The translations under genes and the position numbers were made by a program. A DNA stretch of 64,000 bases, from positions 32,001-96,000 of the forward strand of contig JAVRCV020000006.1 in the NCBI GenBank assembly GCA_034530615.2, given 5' to 3'. This document shows, piece after piece, positions 24,901 to 34,340 of this stretch; position 1 is the first letter of the stretch; the number at the start of each line of letters is the position of its first letter. Under the pieces are notes generated by a model. It was not told the DNA's origin, made no database searches, and saw only the letters and a list, made by a program, of their open reading frames with translations. This DNA is from Aulosira sp. ZfuVER01 (lineage in GTDB: Bacteria; Cyanobacteriota; Cyanobacteriia; Cyanobacteriales; Nostocaceae).

Positions 24901-27900
24901 TTCGCGATCGCCTACGTCAAGAATATGGTATTCCTGCAAATGCAGTAATTTGTTTTACAGCTGCTCGCTTAGACGCAGGAAAAGGTTATCAGTACCAGCT
25001 AGAAGCAATTAAGCAACTTATGCAAAGTGAATCATGGCATAAGCTATATTTTGTATGGGCTGGTGATGGTGCTTTAGAAGCACAACTTAAGCAAGCAATC
25101 GAGCAATTAAAGATTAGCAATCACGTCAAACTTTTAGGTAACTGCACAAATATTGTTGAGTGGCTGGATACATCTGATATTTTTGTTTTGCCTTCCGAAT
25201 TTGAATCATTTGGATTAGCAATTGTAGAGGCAATGGCAAAAGAATTACCAGTTATTGCTCCGGCTGTAGGCGGTATTCCAGAAGTGCTTGGAGATGTGGG
25301 GAAACTTGTCTCTGACCCAAAAATTAATCCACAAGCTACGATTGAGGAAATGGCAAGAACAATTGAAGCTTGGTCGCTAAATCCAGAATTGCGTCGTTCA
25401 ATTGGCCTGGCTGGTAAAAAGCGTGCAGAAGCCATGTTTAAGGAAGAACGGATGATCAAACAAACTATGGAAGTAGTGGAACGCACACTATTGCTACAAA
25501 GAAATCAAGTTTCATCTTCTTTCGCAAATATGCCTCTTGTCTCTGTCATTATTTCCTGTTACAACCTAGCTGAGTTTTTACCCGAAACAGTGGCCAGTGT
25601 CATTGCTCAGACATACGAGAACTGGGAAATCATTATTGTTAATGATGGGAGTAAAGATAATACCAGTGAAGTTGCACAACAGTTGATATCAACCTATTTT
25701 AATAAAAAGATCCGACTTGTTGAGAAAGCAAACGGTGGGCCTGCTAGCGCTAGAAATGCTGGTATCAGAGTATCTAATGGTGAATATATACTTCCATTAG
25801 ATGCTGATGATAAGTTAAGCTCAACAGGAATTGAGAATCTATTAAGTGTGGCATTAAATCAAGATTCTCCTTGTGTGGCATTTGGTTCCTATCAAATGTT
25901 TGGAATCGAAAATAAACTCATTGTCAGCGCAGGCTTGTTTTCTAAAGAAAACATGAAGCGATTTGATATGATTCACAATTCTTCACTCTATTCAAAGAAA
26001 GTGTGGAATTTAGTTAAGGGTTATAAAGAAGATGTTGCTTTAATTGGTTATGAGGATTGGGAATTTTGGCTGAATTGCTTAAAACATAAAATCAACTTCT
26101 ATGGTACACAAGAAATAGTAATATATTACCGCAGAAGTGTTGATTCGACTGGCAATCGAGCTTTTACCCAACATCATAATAAGTTTGCCTTAATCGTTGC
26201 ATACAATTCTGAGATTTTTAACCCAACAATAATTAAAGAATCAGAGAACTTGTTGCTTTCATTTGGGTTGATTAAAAAGTCAAGTGAACTCAGCAATGAA
26301 TTAGAAGAGCTTTTATTGCAAATAAATAGCTGCGTTAATCAGTATCAGCAACAACCAAGCAGCCACTCAGCAATAGCTAACCTCTGTCAAGCTCGTCAGA
26401 AATTTGCAGAAAAATTGCTCACTATACCAGCAGAAAAATTGATCGTTAATTACTCTGAGTATCTAGGTGATGCACATCAAAAATTGCTAAATAGCGGTAT
26501 TAAACATGAGTTGCTGACAGAGAAAGAGCAGAATTTTGTTAATACACTATCAGATCATATTGCTAAAGGTTTTGGCGAATCACAATCTATCCAATACCTG
26601 TTGGCAGGAATGTTGTACTGCCGTGCTGACCAACTACCACTGCAATATGACCTAACTCATATTCCTCAATGGTTGCTAGCTGATTATCTGAAATTTATCT
26701 TAGAATTTCCGCGCCTATTTCAAGAAAAGGGAGAAGCAAATAATTACTATCGCTATTTACAACAATGGCTAGATTACTTACAAGAAAATATATCCAGTAA
26801 TCCAGAATCAGTATTATGGCAGTATATAGCGAATTTTTTCCTTCAAGCTGCTAACTTTAGCCCTTTATATTTCACTACAGAAAATTTAAAAGAGATTTAT
26901 ATCAAACGCGCTGAGATCATGGAATATGCTTTGAAAACTCAAGGCTATGAAATTGACTACGACTTTCCAGAACGATCTCTAGAACGAAAAAAAATGCGTC
27001 TAGGAGTTCTTGCTGCTCATTTTCAACTGGGTACAGAAACCTTTCACACACTGCCAGCATACAAACATTTAGATTGGAATAGGTTTGAAATTATTCTCTA
27101 CACTGTAAGTGCCAATAATAGTCGTTTAGAACGCTATTGTGCAGGTCATGTAGATGCTTTAGTTATCTTACCTTCAGACCTACAAAGTCAGGTACAAACG
27201 ATTCGTAATGGAGATCTCGATCTTCTCTTAATTGCAACAAACGTGACATTAGTCACAAATCAGATTACATTACTTGCCTTGCATCGACTAGCAAGGCTAC
27301 AGTTGACCTTTGGCTCTTGCCCTGCAACAACAGGCATACGAAACATTGACTATTTTATCTCTGGAAGATTATCAGAACCTGTGTCAGGTGGACAAAAGCA
27401 TTATAGAGAAAAGTTAGTAACTCTTGATGGAGTAGGTTACTGTTTTGATTACCCTTCTGAACTAGAAACTCCCACAATTAAACCCTATCGAGAAAGCTGG
27501 GGTGCAAGTGAAAAAACTGTTGTATTTACTTCGGGTGCTAATTTCTACAAGATAATTCCAGAAGTGAGAGAAACCTGGGTAAAAATTCTTGCTGCTGTAC
27601 CTGATTCAATTCTCGTTTTATACCCATTTGCTCCTAGCTGGAGCAATTCATATCCGGCTAACTCTTTCCTCAACCAAATGTATGCGGTTTTGGCTAAGTA
27701 CGATGTTGACAAAAGCCGTCTCATAGTTCTTAATGCACTACCTAGTCGTGCTGATGTTAAAGAAGTTTTAAAGCTAGCTGATGTGTATTTAGATTCCTAC
27801 CGCCATTCCGGTGGTCATTCTCTTGTAGATGCTTTAGAGGTAGGATTAACACCTGTAGTTTTGGAAGGTGAACCTCTGCGGTCGAAGCATGGGTCTGCCT

Positions 27901-28550
27901 ACTTAAAAGACATCGAAATGCCTGACTTAGTAACAGACAACGAGATAGACTATATCAATTTAGCGATCGCACTTGGTAATAACCCTGAATTACGCCAGCA
28001 AAAGAGTGCCCAAATCAAAGAAAAAATGCAGGGCAATCCCAGTTTTCTGGATAGTCGCTCCTACTCAGCTAAAATAGGGAAACTATTCCAAGAGCTATTC
28101 AGCAATTATCTTGCAGATAATCTGAGCCAAAACTTGCCCTTAAATGAGACTAACCTGATTATTTTTCCTGACTGGTCACAACCAGAAGACCTACTATATC
28201 AAGATTTATCCAGTGTAATTTCTGCTCTCACTACTCACCCTGATAAAAGTCAGATAACTCTCTTAATAGATACTCACAATATTTCTGAAGAGGAAGCTGA
28301 TATGCTTTTATCGTCTTTGACCATAAATTTGCTAATGGAAGAGGATGTGGATATAACTGAGGGACCAGAAATTTCTTTGCTAGGGCAGATAAGCGATATT
28401 CAATGGGAAACTCTTTTGCCTAAAATTCAAACTCGAATTGCTTTAACAATAGATAATCCACAGGCGATCGCCCAAGTGAAAGCAGACAAGTTACCAGTCT
28501 GTGAATTAGATAGCTTGAGTGTCTTCCAATTAGAGGTGCTACCTGTGTAG
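21999..28550 (+). CDS. Giant (~2183 aa) multi-module glycosyltransferase: KpsS/capsule-synthesis-like, degenerate GT-A, GT4, GT2 and GT41/HMW1C-like domains plus a C-terminal tail
   Basis: HERG/RHHP/STVALEA (N-terminal); FVLPSEFESFGLAIVEAMA (GT4); PLVSVII..YN, VNDGS, LDADD, EDWEFW (GT2); PATTG..IDYFIS, ANFYKI, ADVYLDSY (GT41). ATG 21999 follows AAAGGA. Confidence 0.85.
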   Translation: MTELKKIMFFAPYAWWSVHSQVDAVVASALRLRNCEIFVVGCDGVYKNCNVAHFATQVGYEYADACQACSQTSKQLLASSFNLPYLQLRDWISDKDYNIANQWVENLVLQDYKNAVYFDLPIGKWVTSSICTYFRISSDIELSRPEVRKVHKQYLIDGLITYKAISRLIDTYNPTNLFLFNARFAPYSVAFEVAKQHQIDVIAHERGFIADSFGFFDNSNCLSPKTPLDCVKSWKDIPLNKQEISQVKKYFIGRENGQNLSWPSFYDFHSNHTNVRHQLRIPVDAKVVTVFTSSEDEHAMSEDYKVMTKQLDIIESLMEIFRDRDEYLVIRHHPFITGAGSKTFLQAIAYDFLSKAYQQVLSAPKNVRIIMPSEQLTSYALLWHSDAAIAFFSTVALEAAARGVPTATFEQSPYREAVKHTFQQISQESLGELVERLLSASCQATVEDLIKLYRFTDAYFFKFSTKFRSIGIKDYHLPDFKIKSLDDLKPGIDPALDRICNRIIHNTSIYDIPTDERKNNPNFEELNFFNNELQEIEEYRQKIKSQALESNYLSAKPSVAIISLNYINVPQTDKQLLPAWKNQSRHQNLIVYDCHNLDWYDYQGIIDSIINCISLIEEEYILITNDYIQYDESFISSALDILLAADHKETAGVIFGAWIASSSRINQEIFTERVPAKSYLEAIEVLPLLQFPQNLLSFGLIHKDFLLRLLTSVKSASSHNPAGVTIFNGLQQPEIQRVELPMLIIEELNTHLHQDRLLEANQIPQLNTLASAQSDTYPSKNLNQHILLYTDDFSIYGVGQYNHSIICELAKLGYQVTCVQTHTSNHLIQEQQKLGIQHLWLNYNSIHEFSRTLLDISDAQEIFPKIKPDLIIFSDCCPLSNLAAKKVAKQMGIPYIIVDGCAVPYLAERFASYLEELEQIHTQAGAFITVSNENLNLLHQLFRLPKHKGQVIYSGRPEHYFAPPKLSIRDRLRQEYGIPANAVICFTAARLDAGKGYQYQLEAIKQLMQSESWHKLYFVWAGDGALEAQLKQAIEQLKISNHVKLLGNCTNIVEWLDTSDIFVLPSEFESFGLAIVEAMAKELPVIAPAVGGIPEVLGDVGKLVSDPKINPQATIEEMARTIEAWSLNPELRRSIGLAGKKRAEAMFKEERMIKQTMEVVERTLLLQRNQVSSSFANMPLVSVIISCYNLAEFLPETVASVIAQTYENWEIIIVNDGSKDNTSEVAQQLISTYFNKKIRLVEKANGGPASARNAGIRVSNGEYILPLDADDKLSSTGIENLLSVALNQDSPCVAFGSYQMFGIENKLIVSAGLFSKENMKRFDMIHNSSLYSKKVWNLVKGYKEDVALIGYEDWEFWLNCLKHKINFYGTQEIVIYYRRSVDSTGNRAFTQHHNKFALIVAYNSEIFNPTIIKESENLLLSFGLIKKSSELSNELEELLLQINSCVNQYQQQPSSHSAIANLCQARQKFAEKLLTIPAEKLIVNYSEYLGDAHQKLLNSGIKHELLTEKEQNFVNTLSDHIAKGFGESQSIQYLLAGMLYCRADQLPLQYDLTHIPQWLLADYLKFILEFPRLFQEKGEANNYYRYLQQWLDYLQENISSNPESVLWQYIANFFLQAANFSPLYFTTENLKEIYIKRAEIMEYALKTQGYEIDYDFPERSLERKKMRLGVLAAHFQLGTETFHTLPAYKHLDWNRFEIILYTVSANNSRLERYCAGHVDALVILPSDLQSQVQTIRNGDLDLLLIATNVTLVTNQITLLALHRLARLQLTFGSCPATTGIRNIDYFISGRLSEPVSGGQKHYREKLVTLDGVGYCFDYPSELETPTIKPYRESWGASEKTVVFTSGANFYKIIPEVRETWVKILAAVPDSILVLYPFAPSWSNSYPANSFLNQMYAVLAKYDVDKSRLIVLNALPSRADVKEVLKLADVYLDSYRHSGGHSLVDALEVGLTPVVLEGEPLRSKHGSAYLKDIEMPDLVTDNEIDYINLAIALGNNPELRQQKSAQIKEKMQGNPSFLDSRSYSAKIGKLFQELFSNYLADNLSQNLPLNETNLIIFPDWSQPEDLLYQDLSSVISALTTHPDKSQITLLIDTHNISEEEADMLLSSLTINLLMEEDVDITEGPEISLLGQISDIQWETLLPKIQTRIALTIDNPQAIAQVKADKLPVCELDSLSVFQLEVLPV

Positions 28551-28594
28551 CATTAGCTAAGTACCGACATGGTGAAAATTATTCACCATGCTAT

Positions 28595-28625
28595 AAAAAA
28601 AAGCCTGCGGAAACAGGCTTTTTTT
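28595..28625. terminator. Bidirectional intrinsic terminator between the giant GT and ogtA
   Basis: AAAAAAAAGCCTG-cggaaa-CAGGCTTTTTTT; a second hairpin CATGGTGAA/TTCACCATG lies at 28568-28590. Confidence 0.85.
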
Positions 28626-28654
28626 CATAATTTTAGAGTTGTGGAGATACGATG

Positions 28655-28807
28655 TAATTAGTTAGACAGAATCGCACACACAAAGTCATTCCGAATGTAG
28701 CGTTCGCCCTTGGCGTTCCCGAAGGGTAGCGTAATGAAGCAATCGTAAGAGTTGGGATTGCTTCGCTTTGCTCGCAATGACTGTAAATGTTTTTGTCCAG
28801 CTACTTA
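28655..28807. mobile_element. MITE-like nested palindromic element
   Basis: Imperfect terminal inverted repeats TAATTAGTTAGACA / TGTCCAGCTACTTA enclose a GTCATT...GAAGCAATC / GATTGCTTC...AATGAC palindrome. Confidence 0.55.
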
Positions 28808-28831
28808 TCAAGTCTGAAGGTTTCTCCCACC

Positions 28832-31060
28832 CTATTTTCCTTCCAGATACCTTTGCCACATCTGTTCGTAAGCCTTCTCCATTTCACGGGTAAACTGCTT
28901 ACCATTCCACAGCGGTGCAGTGTGCCGAGACTGACGTAATTGCCCAGAAATTTGCTGTCTTAAAGAAGCATCTTTACCCAAGCGTACGCCCCATTCTATA
29001 TACTCTTCATCTGTCCAAGCTATGCCTTCGGTTATACCAGCATTCACCATCATGGTGTAGCTATTACGTGCTGCGAATTGTTCACCAACTCTCGTTACTA
29101 AAGGGATACCCATCCATAATGTTTCTAGGGTTGTTGTTGCTCCATTGTAAGGATATGTATCTAATACAATATCAGCAATGCCCAAGTTAGCACGATGAAC
29201 TGACTCTAGAGAGACTTGCGGTAAAAATCGTAACCTAGATATGTCCACACCCTCCTCTTCAGCAATTTGATAAAAAAAGCGTTTAATTGCTTCTTCTTCA
29301 GAAAGTCCCTTAATCAAAAAGTAGCTGTTAGGTACTTGTTTGATAATTTGCATTTGCCACCTAGTTGTTTCTGGATGGCGTTTATATCCTCTTTGTGCGC
29401 TTAGATATACAACAGCATCTTCAGGGATATTTAAGTCCTCTCTACGAAGAGTTGGTACACCTACCTCAAAACCATCTACTGCTATGTAAGTTTGCGATAA
29501 TCGCCAGATTTTCTCTGTGTAGTAATCTTGTGCATCATCTGGTAATACATAGGGGTCGGCAATAAAGTAATCAATTGCAGGTATGCCTGAAGCATCCCAA
29601 CCTAGCCAAGTAACTTGGATAGGTGCTGGCTTGAGTGCCATCACTTCGCTAGTAATATCCAAAGTAATGCTATCAAGGTCAATTAAAATATCGATTTCAT
29701 CTTGATATATTTGTTCAGCAATCTCTAAGCCATTCATACCTAGCTTATGAACATTACCTGCATTTTGTACATACCAATCTTGAAGAAAATCATTGACTAA
29801 TTGATAATTAACAAAATATGTATGAATCTCAAATTTGTCTTTATCATGATGCTGAAATAACCAGCGAGCTAGCCAACCAACTGAATGATTTCTTAAAGCG
29901 TAAGATACATAACCAATTTTTAATTTTTTAGTGGAATGTTTTAAATCTTGACTATTATTTTTGTAATAAGCTTTTTTTCCTTGTGATTGAGCAAAATCTT
30001 GAACATCAGTATTGAAAATTTTAGCTATTTGATTCTGAATTCTCCGGAAACTAGCAGGATTATCTTTAATGTGAGGTATAGCAAAAGATGGTGTTAGCAA
30101 CCGTAGTATTCTGCCCTCTTCTAAGGCAATTGGTTGGGCTTGGATAAACTGTTGAAATACTGCTTCCAATTCTTGGCAAGTTTCACATATCTCCTGCCAA
30201 TATCCACCTGCTGACATTAGTCCTCTTAACAGCAAATGGAGGGCGAAAATTTTATCAGCTAAACTTTCTGATAGCGAATAACATAACTTAGCTGTCTCTA
30301 TACCCTGAGAATAATTACGAGCATCTTGATAAAAAACTGCTAAATGTCTTAAAATCTCTACATTCTCTGGTTCTAATTTTAAATGCAATTTAAGAAGCTC
30401 TGCTGCTAGCAAAGGTTGCCGTAAAGTATGCCCAATTGTCATAGCAGTAGTAAGGATTAGGCAAAAGCAGTGATAAGTATCAGAAAAGTGAGGTAAACAA
30501 GCTTCTACTAAATTTAGATTGAATGGATGTAAAGGCGCAGTATTTAAAAAATCTTCTAAAACTTGTATTAACAATTCGGCATTGATATTTGCGCTTTCTA
30601 GCTCGTTTAAATTTTCAATTATTCCCCATTCATGCAAGTCTTTAATATCTTCAAATTTTTCAAGTTTGAGGCAAAGTCGCAATATGTGAAGTAAATTATT
30701 AATGTCAATAGGATTAACTTCACGCATATGCTGGCGGATTAACCAGGCTAGGGAATATTCTCCCAATACTTCGCGTTTTTCAGCTTCTATTTGCAAAAAT
30801 TGAAATAGTTCGTTTGTCCAAATTTCTAACTGCTCTTCATCTGCCTCTGTCATTGGCAGCATCCACGTCATTTGGGCTTCAGCTTCTTGTCCTTGTAATA
30901 GCAATAGTAATCCTAAATGCCAATAATAAAAAATAGCATTTGGTTCTATTACTATTGCTTTTTCATATAACTGTGCTGCTTGCAGATATTTTTCTTGGAT
31001 AAAGTATTGTTCAGCTTGATTCTGCCAATTCTGTATATTAGTAATCATTGTATTTTTCAT
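28832..31060 (-). CDS. ogtA: O-GlcNAc transferase / SPINDLY-like GT41 with TPRs (OgtA-like)
   Basis: N-terminal TPRs; KLKIGYVS...HSVGW, DILIDL, PAPIQVTWLG and DTYPYNGATTTLETLWMGIP motifs; directly downstream of pilA as in Nostoc punctiforme. Start uncertain (31072/31060/31048). Confidence 0.88.
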   Translation of the reverse strand: MKNTMITNIQNWQNQAEQYFIQEKYLQAAQLYEKAIVIEPNAIFYYWHLGLLLLLQGQEAEAQMTWMLPMTEADEEQLEIWTNELFQFLQIEAEKREVLGEYSLAWLIRQHMREVNPIDINNLLHILRLCLKLEKFEDIKDLHEWGIIENLNELESANINAELLIQVLEDFLNTAPLHPFNLNLVEACLPHFSDTYHCFCLILTTAMTIGHTLRQPLLAAELLKLHLKLEPENVEILRHLAVFYQDARNYSQGIETAKLCYSLSESLADKIFALHLLLRGLMSAGGYWQEICETCQELEAVFQQFIQAQPIALEEGRILRLLTPSFAIPHIKDNPASFRRIQNQIAKIFNTDVQDFAQSQGKKAYYKNNSQDLKHSTKKLKIGYVSYALRNHSVGWLARWLFQHHDKDKFEIHTYFVNYQLVNDFLQDWYVQNAGNVHKLGMNGLEIAEQIYQDEIDILIDLDSITLDITSEVMALKPAPIQVTWLGWDASGIPAIDYFIADPYVLPDDAQDYYTEKIWRLSQTYIAVDGFEVGVPTLRREDLNIPEDAVVYLSAQRGYKRHPETTRWQMQIIKQVPNSYFLIKGLSEEEAIKRFFYQIAEEEGVDISRLRFLPQVSLESVHRANLGIADIVLDTYPYNGATTTLETLWMGIPLVTRVGEQFAARNSYTMMVNAGITEGIAWTDEEYIEWGVRLGKDASLRQQISGQLRQSRHTAPLWNGKQFTREMEKAYEQMWQRYLEGK

Positions 31061-31236
31061 AGGTAATTGCATGGACAATATAACTCTGAAGCTCACATAA
31101 CGGAAATAAAGTGGATAGAAGCATCTACCCACTTTAAAAACTACTAATTTAGTTCAATACAAACTACACGAAAAATTACTTTGCTATGAAGTGGCTTAGA
31201 CAAACAATACTTTCACGTAGTAAGTGACTGTTTCAC

Positions 31237-31812
31237 TTATTTCAAAGAGACAAAGTTACTAGGACATGAGGGTGAATTAGTGGTGCTGTCGAAATTGCCA
31301 CTAACACTATAGGCAACTACATCTGAACCACTATTAACTCTTGCTGCGGTCGCTTCACATAAAGTAGCTACGGTAGTAGCTTCACTGGTAGAAGCTTGCG
31401 TTGTTACACCCACATTACCTATATAAGATTTGAGAGGTGCATTGGCAAGTACTGTTGCTGCTTGGTTAGTTACTTGGCTGGCGTTAGTAGAACCACCACC
31501 AGAAATTGAGTACTTGTAATTTGTGGTTTGTGTGGCAATACCAAGACCTAGTTTACCAAAGTCAGCTTGAGCAGCAAATTGGTTCTGTTCTAAGTAATAA
31601 GCTTGCTGAGCGCGGTTCATGGAACCTACGTAGGTTTTAGCTTCAGACTGCTTGGCTTTGTTGGCTTGGTTCAAGAAAGAAGGTAGTGCAATAGCAGACA
31701 AAATACCGATAATGATGATTACTACCAACAATTCAATAAGTGTGAAACCTTCGTTTTCTTGTTTTTTGCCGAGAATGTGTTGGATAAATTTAGCTTTCAG
31801 TTCGGTTTTCAT
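31237..31812 (-). CDS. pilA: Type IV major pilin PilA
   Basis: Class III signal MKTELKAKFIQHILGKKQENEG|FTLIELLVVIIIIGILSAIALPSF, NRAQQAYYLE, and a C-terminal Cys pair. Confidence 0.93.
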   Translation of the reverse strand: MKTELKAKFIQHILGKKQENEGFTLIELLVVIIIIGILSAIALPSFLNQANKAKQSEAKTYVGSMNRAQQAYYLEQNQFAAQADFGKLGLGIATQTTNYKYSISGGGSTNASQVTNQAATVLANAPLKSYIGNVGVTTQASTSEATTVATLCEATAARVNSGSDVVAYSVSGNFDSTTNSPSCPSNFVSLK

Positions 31813-31855
31813 AAGTGTTTTCCCTGGGGTGGGGTGGGTTGTTTGTTCTAAAAAG

Positions 31856-31864
31856 AACTTACCC
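31856..31864 (-). promoter_or_regulatory. Candidate SigF-type -10 element for pilA
   Basis: GGGTAAGTT on the minus strand ~45 nt upstream of the pilA ATG, resembling the GGGTAAG element of cyanobacterial SigF pilA promoters. Confidence 0.5.
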
Positions 31865-32009
31865 ACCTCAGAGCAGTTTCATATCACTAGTAGCAAAAAA
31901 TATTTTTCGCTAGATTTTCATCCTCAAATAGCAGTGATGGGAAGGTGAATTGATAGGGTTGCAAACACCTGCGTAGAACGCGGAGTTGCTTGTCTTAGAC
32001 ATTGCTCAC

Positions 32010-32018
32010 AATATTCCC
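32010..32018 (-). promoter_or_regulatory. Candidate SigJ (J-box) promoter element for pilA
   Basis: GGGAATATT on the minus strand, 8/9 match to the recalled GGGAATACT J-box, ~200 nt upstream of pilA. Confidence 0.45.
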
Positions 32019-32090
32019 AGTTTTTGCAATTTGCGATCGCAGTTTCTTATGCTATATTAAGCGTAGTCGTTATGAGTTTGTATAACTGTT

Positions 32091-33464
32091 ATGACCAACC
32101 CGACAGTAGAAAACTTGGTAATCATCGGTTCTGGGCCAGCAGGATACACAGCGGCCATCTATGCAGGGCGAGCTAACTTGAAGCCTGTTGTATTTGAAGG
32201 CTTCCAAGCGGGAGGTTTGCCTGGTGGGCAACTAATGACCACGACGGAAGTAGAAAACTTTCCAGGGTTTCCTCAAGGCATTACTGGGCCGGAATTGATG
32301 GATAGGATGAAGGCACAAGCAGAGCGCTGGGGGGCTGAGTTATATACAGAAGATGTGATATCAGTTGATTTGAGCCAGCGTCCTTTTACTATTCGCTCAG
32401 AAGAAAGAGAAGTTAAAGCCAACAGTATTATTATTGCTACTGGTGCGACAGCCAAGCGTTTGGGTTTACCCAGCGAGCATGAATTTTGGAGTCGTGGGAT
32501 TTCTGCTTGTGCAATTTGCGATGGTGCAACACCAATTTTCCACGGTGCGGAACTGGCTGTAATTGGTGCTGGGGACTCGGCTGCGGAAGAGTCAATTTAC
32601 TTAACTAAGTACGGTTCTAAAGTGAATTTGCTGGTGCGCTCTGATAAAATGCGAGCTTCTAAAGCCATGCAAGACAGGGTTTTGAGCAATCCCAAAATCC
32701 AGGTACATTGGAACACCGAAGCCGTGGATATCTTTGGTAACGGCCACATGGATGGAGTGAAAATTCGTAATACCAAAACTGGCGAAGAAAGCGAACTTCA
32801 CGCCAAGGGCTTATTCTACGCCATTGGTCATACTCCTAATACCTCTCTATTTAAGGGACAACTAGAATTGGATGAGGTGGGTTACGTTGCTACCAAACAC
32901 GGTTCTGTAGAAACCAGTGTAGAAGGAGTTTTTGCGGCTGGTGATGTGCAGGATCATGAGTTTCGTCAGGCAATTACGGCTGCGGGTACTGGCTGTATGG
33001 CGGCGATGTTGGCAGAACGCTGGTTATCTTCTAGTGGTTTGATTCAAGAATTCCATCAACAGCCAGAAACATCAGTTAATGAATTAGAACATCAGCCAGC
33101 AGCGAAAAAAACCGAAGCTGAGCAAGAAGCAGAATTTAATTTGAATGCTACGCGCCATGAGGGTGGTTATGCTTTGCGGAAACTCTTCCATGAGAGCGAT
33201 CGCCTACTTTTGGTAAAATATGTTTCTCCTGGCTGTGGCCCTTGTCATACCCTCAAGCCAATACTAAATAAAGTAGTCGATGAATTTGAGGGCAAAATTC
33301 ACTTTGTAGAAATTGACATCGACCAAGACAGAGATATTGCCGAAAATGCTGGTGTGACAGGAACGCCGACAATTCAATTGTTCAAAGATAAGGAACTTTT
33401 GAAGGAAGTTAAAGGCGTGAAGCAAAAGAGCGAGTATCGACAGTTGATTGAAAGTAGTCTGTGA
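32091..33464 (+). CDS. ntrC: NADPH-thioredoxin reductase C (NTR fused to thioredoxin)
   Basis: GSGPAG, ENFPGF, CAICDG and GAGDSA NTR motifs plus a C-terminal CGPC thioredoxin domain. Confidence 0.93.
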   Translation: MTNPTVENLVIIGSGPAGYTAAIYAGRANLKPVVFEGFQAGGLPGGQLMTTTEVENFPGFPQGITGPELMDRMKAQAERWGAELYTEDVISVDLSQRPFTIRSEEREVKANSIIIATGATAKRLGLPSEHEFWSRGISACAICDGATPIFHGAELAVIGAGDSAAEESIYLTKYGSKVNLLVRSDKMRASKAMQDRVLSNPKIQVHWNTEAVDIFGNGHMDGVKIRNTKTGEESELHAKGLFYAIGHTPNTSLFKGQLELDEVGYVATKHGSVETSVEGVFAAGDVQDHEFRQAITAAGTGCMAAMLAERWLSSSGLIQEFHQQPETSVNELEHQPAAKKTEAEQEAEFNLNATRHEGGYALRKLFHESDRLLLVKYVSPGCGPCHTLKPILNKVVDEFEGKIHFVEIDIDQDRDIAENAGVTGTPTIQLFKDKELLKEVKGVKQKSEYRQLIESSL

Positions 33465-33623
33465 GAGACTGGGGGTTAGGGGGACAAGGGGGACAGGGAG
33501 GACAAGGAAGATAAGGGGGATATAAATAACAATTATTGCCTTTTGCTTTTTGACCATTGACTCTTTACTGTTGACCCTTGACCCTTGACTAATATAAAAG
33601 TAGCAGCCAGTCAGGTAGGTATT

Positions 33624-34208
33624 ATGTTTTCATCACCTATTTTGTTGCGAATTCCACCTTCAATGAACATGACAGACGAGCAGTTTTTTGAATTCTGTCA
33701 GGTTAATCGTGACTTACGCATTGAAAGGAACAGATTTGGAGAGATATCAGTTATGCCGCCTACTGGCTCAGAAACAGGCAATCGTAACTTTAATCTTGCT
33801 GTCCAGCTAGGAGTTTGGGCAGAACAAGATGGAACAGGTATTTGTTTTGACTCTAGTAGTGGGTTTAAGCTCTCAACAGGTGCGGAGCGATCGCCTGATG
33901 TTTCTTGGATAAAATTGCAAAGGTGGAATGCGCTATCTCAAGAACAACAGCAAAGTTTTGCACCCATCTGTCCAGATTTTGTATTAGAACTAATGTCGCC
34001 TTCTGATACTCTCAAATCTTTGCAAGAAAAAATGGCAGAATACATGAGAGAACCAGGTGTACAGTTAGGTTGGCTAATTGACCGTAAAGAGCGTAAAGTT
34101 TATATTTATCGTCCTGGTACGCCAGAAGTATGTCTGGAAAATCCCGCCACTATCAGCGCCGATCCAATTATGCCTGGATTTGTGCTCAATATGAGTAAAG
34201 TTTGGTAA
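33624..34208 (+). CDS. Uma2 (DUF820) family endonuclease-like protein
   Basis: IER...G...MPP, DSSSGF, RSPDVSW, CPDFVLELMSPSD and LGWLID motifs. Confidence 0.9.
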   Translation: MFSSPILLRIPPSMNMTDEQFFEFCQVNRDLRIERNRFGEISVMPPTGSETGNRNFNLAVQLGVWAEQDGTGICFDSSSGFKLSTGAERSPDVSWIKLQRWNALSQEQQQSFAPICPDFVLELMSPSDTLKSLQEKMAEYMREPGVQLGWLIDRKERKVYIYRPGTPEVCLENPATISADPIMPGFVLNMSKVW

Positions 34209-34340
34209 TCAGCGCGTGATTGAGAATATTGGAGTCACCACTATATTAATTATGTAATGCGATCGCACTTAACAAAATCCATTAATATTGCCACCGCTAT
34301 AAGCCAAAATTTTTATAGATAAGAACTTAGGTACAGGTAA

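Noticed and set aside
33624..34208. Uma2 gene as a defence system
   Set aside because: Solitary member of a family with many dispersed copies in cyanobacteria; no partner genes.
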